Source: Candidatus Marinacidobacterales bacterium
Lineage (GTDB): Bacteria > Acidobacteriota > Vicinamibacteria > Marinacidobacterales > DATDRI01
Direction: 5' to 3'
Assembly: GCA_965219415.1 (NCBI GenBank)
Contig: OZ244742.1
Coordinates: 1,952,001-2,016,000, forward strand
DNA length: 64,000 nucleotides
Both the position numbers and the translations under genes were made by a program. The notes beneath the pieces are model-generated. The model worked only from the letters and a program-made list of their open reading frames with translations. It searched no databases and was not told the origin of the DNA. How positions within the stretch are numbered: the stretch's first letter is position 1; each line of letters opens with the position of its first letter. Positions 62,886 through 64,000 of the stretch are shown piece after piece.

Positions 62886-64000
62886 CTACCTTCCGAAATT
62901 TTTCTCGATTTGCTCGCGATCGAGCCTGAGGGTGGTGGGTCGACCGTGGGGGCACACGGTTGGCTGCCTGGCTCTCCATAGCCGATCGAGGATGAAACGA
63001 ATCTTCTCCTGGGCGAGCGGGTTGTTGACTTTGATCGCAGCGTGGCATGCGATGCGAGCGGCGATTCTTCCCTCCGCTTCGGCGATCGAAGACCCTCGGC
63101 AATCCTGTTCTCGCTCCGCGAGGGCGGAGCGTATGAGCTTGCCGGCATCCAAGCCGGAAAGGGGCGCGGGAACCGCTCGGACGACATAGCTTCTGCCACC
63201 GAAGTGCTCGATATCGAAACCGTAGGATTGAATCCGAATCATCTCTTCATCGAGCGTAATCTGCTCGGCCACCGAGAACTCGAGCTGCAGTGGAGTGAGA
63301 AGAAGTTGTTGTTGCGGCCGCTCCTGGTCCGGTCGTGCCAGAAGCTCCTCGTAGAGAATGCGCTCGTGGGCTGCGTGCTGGTCGACGAGCCATACGCTTT
63401 CGTCATCGATCGCCAGGATAAAGCTTTCTCGGAACTGACCGAGTGGCATCGGGGGCACATCGGCAAACTCCGTGAATGTCTGCGGCGTGGCCTGCTGAGC
63501 TTTACGAGCTTGGTCTGCCCCGAGAACGGCCTCCGCGAGTGCCATTCCCCCCATGTAAGGTGTTCCCCGATCCGCGACCTGCGTCGTCCGCCCCGGCCAC
63601 CCACCGATTTCCGTAGGCGCTATCGGTGCGGTCGTCGGCGCCCAATCTCGGCCTACCGCCAGCTCTGGTGCCCTTCCCTCCGCGTGGAGCACGTTTCGCA
63701 CCACCGAGAACACTGAATCGTGCACGAACTGCTGGTCGACGAAGCGGACTTCCGTCTTCCCCGGGTGCACGTTCACGTCCAGCTTATCGGGCGGGAGCTC
63801 CAGGAAAAGATAGAGCAACGGCGTGCCCTGTTTAGTCGATACCTGCCGATAGGCCTCGAGCACGGCGTGTGTGAGGATTCGATCCTTGACGGGTCGCCCG
63901 TTGACAAAAACATGAAGGCGGCTCGCGGCCCCCCGCGCTTCGGCAGGTGGAGAAAGCCATGCGGTCAAGTGAAGTCCTCCTACGGACTCATCGAGAGACA
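62886..64000 (-). CDS. mutL: DNA mismatch repair protein MutL (5' part outside the window)
   Basis: FVNGR, DVNVHPGKTEVRF, DQHAAHERILYE, ACHAAIK, CPHGRP. Confidence 0.97.
   Translation of the reverse strand, partial: SLDESVGGLHLTAWLSPPAEARGAASRLHVFVNGRPVKDRILTHAVLEAYRQVSTKQGTPLLYLFLELPPDKLDVNVHPGKTEVRFVDQQFVHDSVFSVVRNVLHAEGRAPELAVGRDWAPTTAPIAPTEIGGWPGRTTQVADRGTPYMGGMALAEAVLGADQARKAQQATPQTFTEFADVPPMPLGQFRESFILAIDDESVWLVDQHAAHERILYEELLARPDQERPQQQLLLTPLQLEFSVAEQITLDEEMIRIQSYGFDIEHFGGRSYVVRAVPAPLSGLDAGKLIRSALAEREQDCRGSSIAEAEGRIAARIACHAAIKVNNPLAQEKIRFILDRLWRARQPTVCPHGRPTTLRLDREQIEKNFGR

Noticed and set aside
1-64000. tRNA, rRNA or prophage/integrase genes
   Set aside because: None recognised by eye; no tRNAscan or Infernal search was possible

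Overview
GC-rich bacterial window, probably an Acidobacteriota/Vicinamibacteria-like genome (inferred from gene content only). Many single-base frameshifts suggest long-read indel errors, so most 'pseudogene' calls are tentative. Contents in order: ruvX-mltG and a GT-C-like membrane protein; an aerobic benzoyl-CoA epoxidase cluster (boxR/boxCB plus beta-oxidation genes, no boxA here); an S9 peptidase with an apparently altered catalytic triad; a two-VapBC islet flanked by a diverged copy of a K+-channel gene 3' end; a 2-oxoacid dehydrogenase operon (lpdA-lipB-E1alpha-E1beta-E2...lipA) followed by a MoxR-type AAA+ ATPase, a 667-aa unknown protein and an SLC13 permease; an HNH gene hit by IS110 and IS256; an ISL3 with a nested IS256; a second IS256 type in a methyltransferase gene; a CxxCH-porin gene broken by a 46-bp perfect palindrome with 8-bp flanking repeats; a sigma54-type promoter ahead of unknown ORFs; a partial mutL. 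Best novelty candidates: (1) an intact E1alpha lacking its ThDP-binding and catalytic residues, in an operon with an AAA+/unknown-protein pair; (2) an IS110 whose ends can be fixed exactly and whose left non-coding end carries a target-matching internal loop (bridge-RNA candidate); (3) the 50-bp palindromic mini-element.
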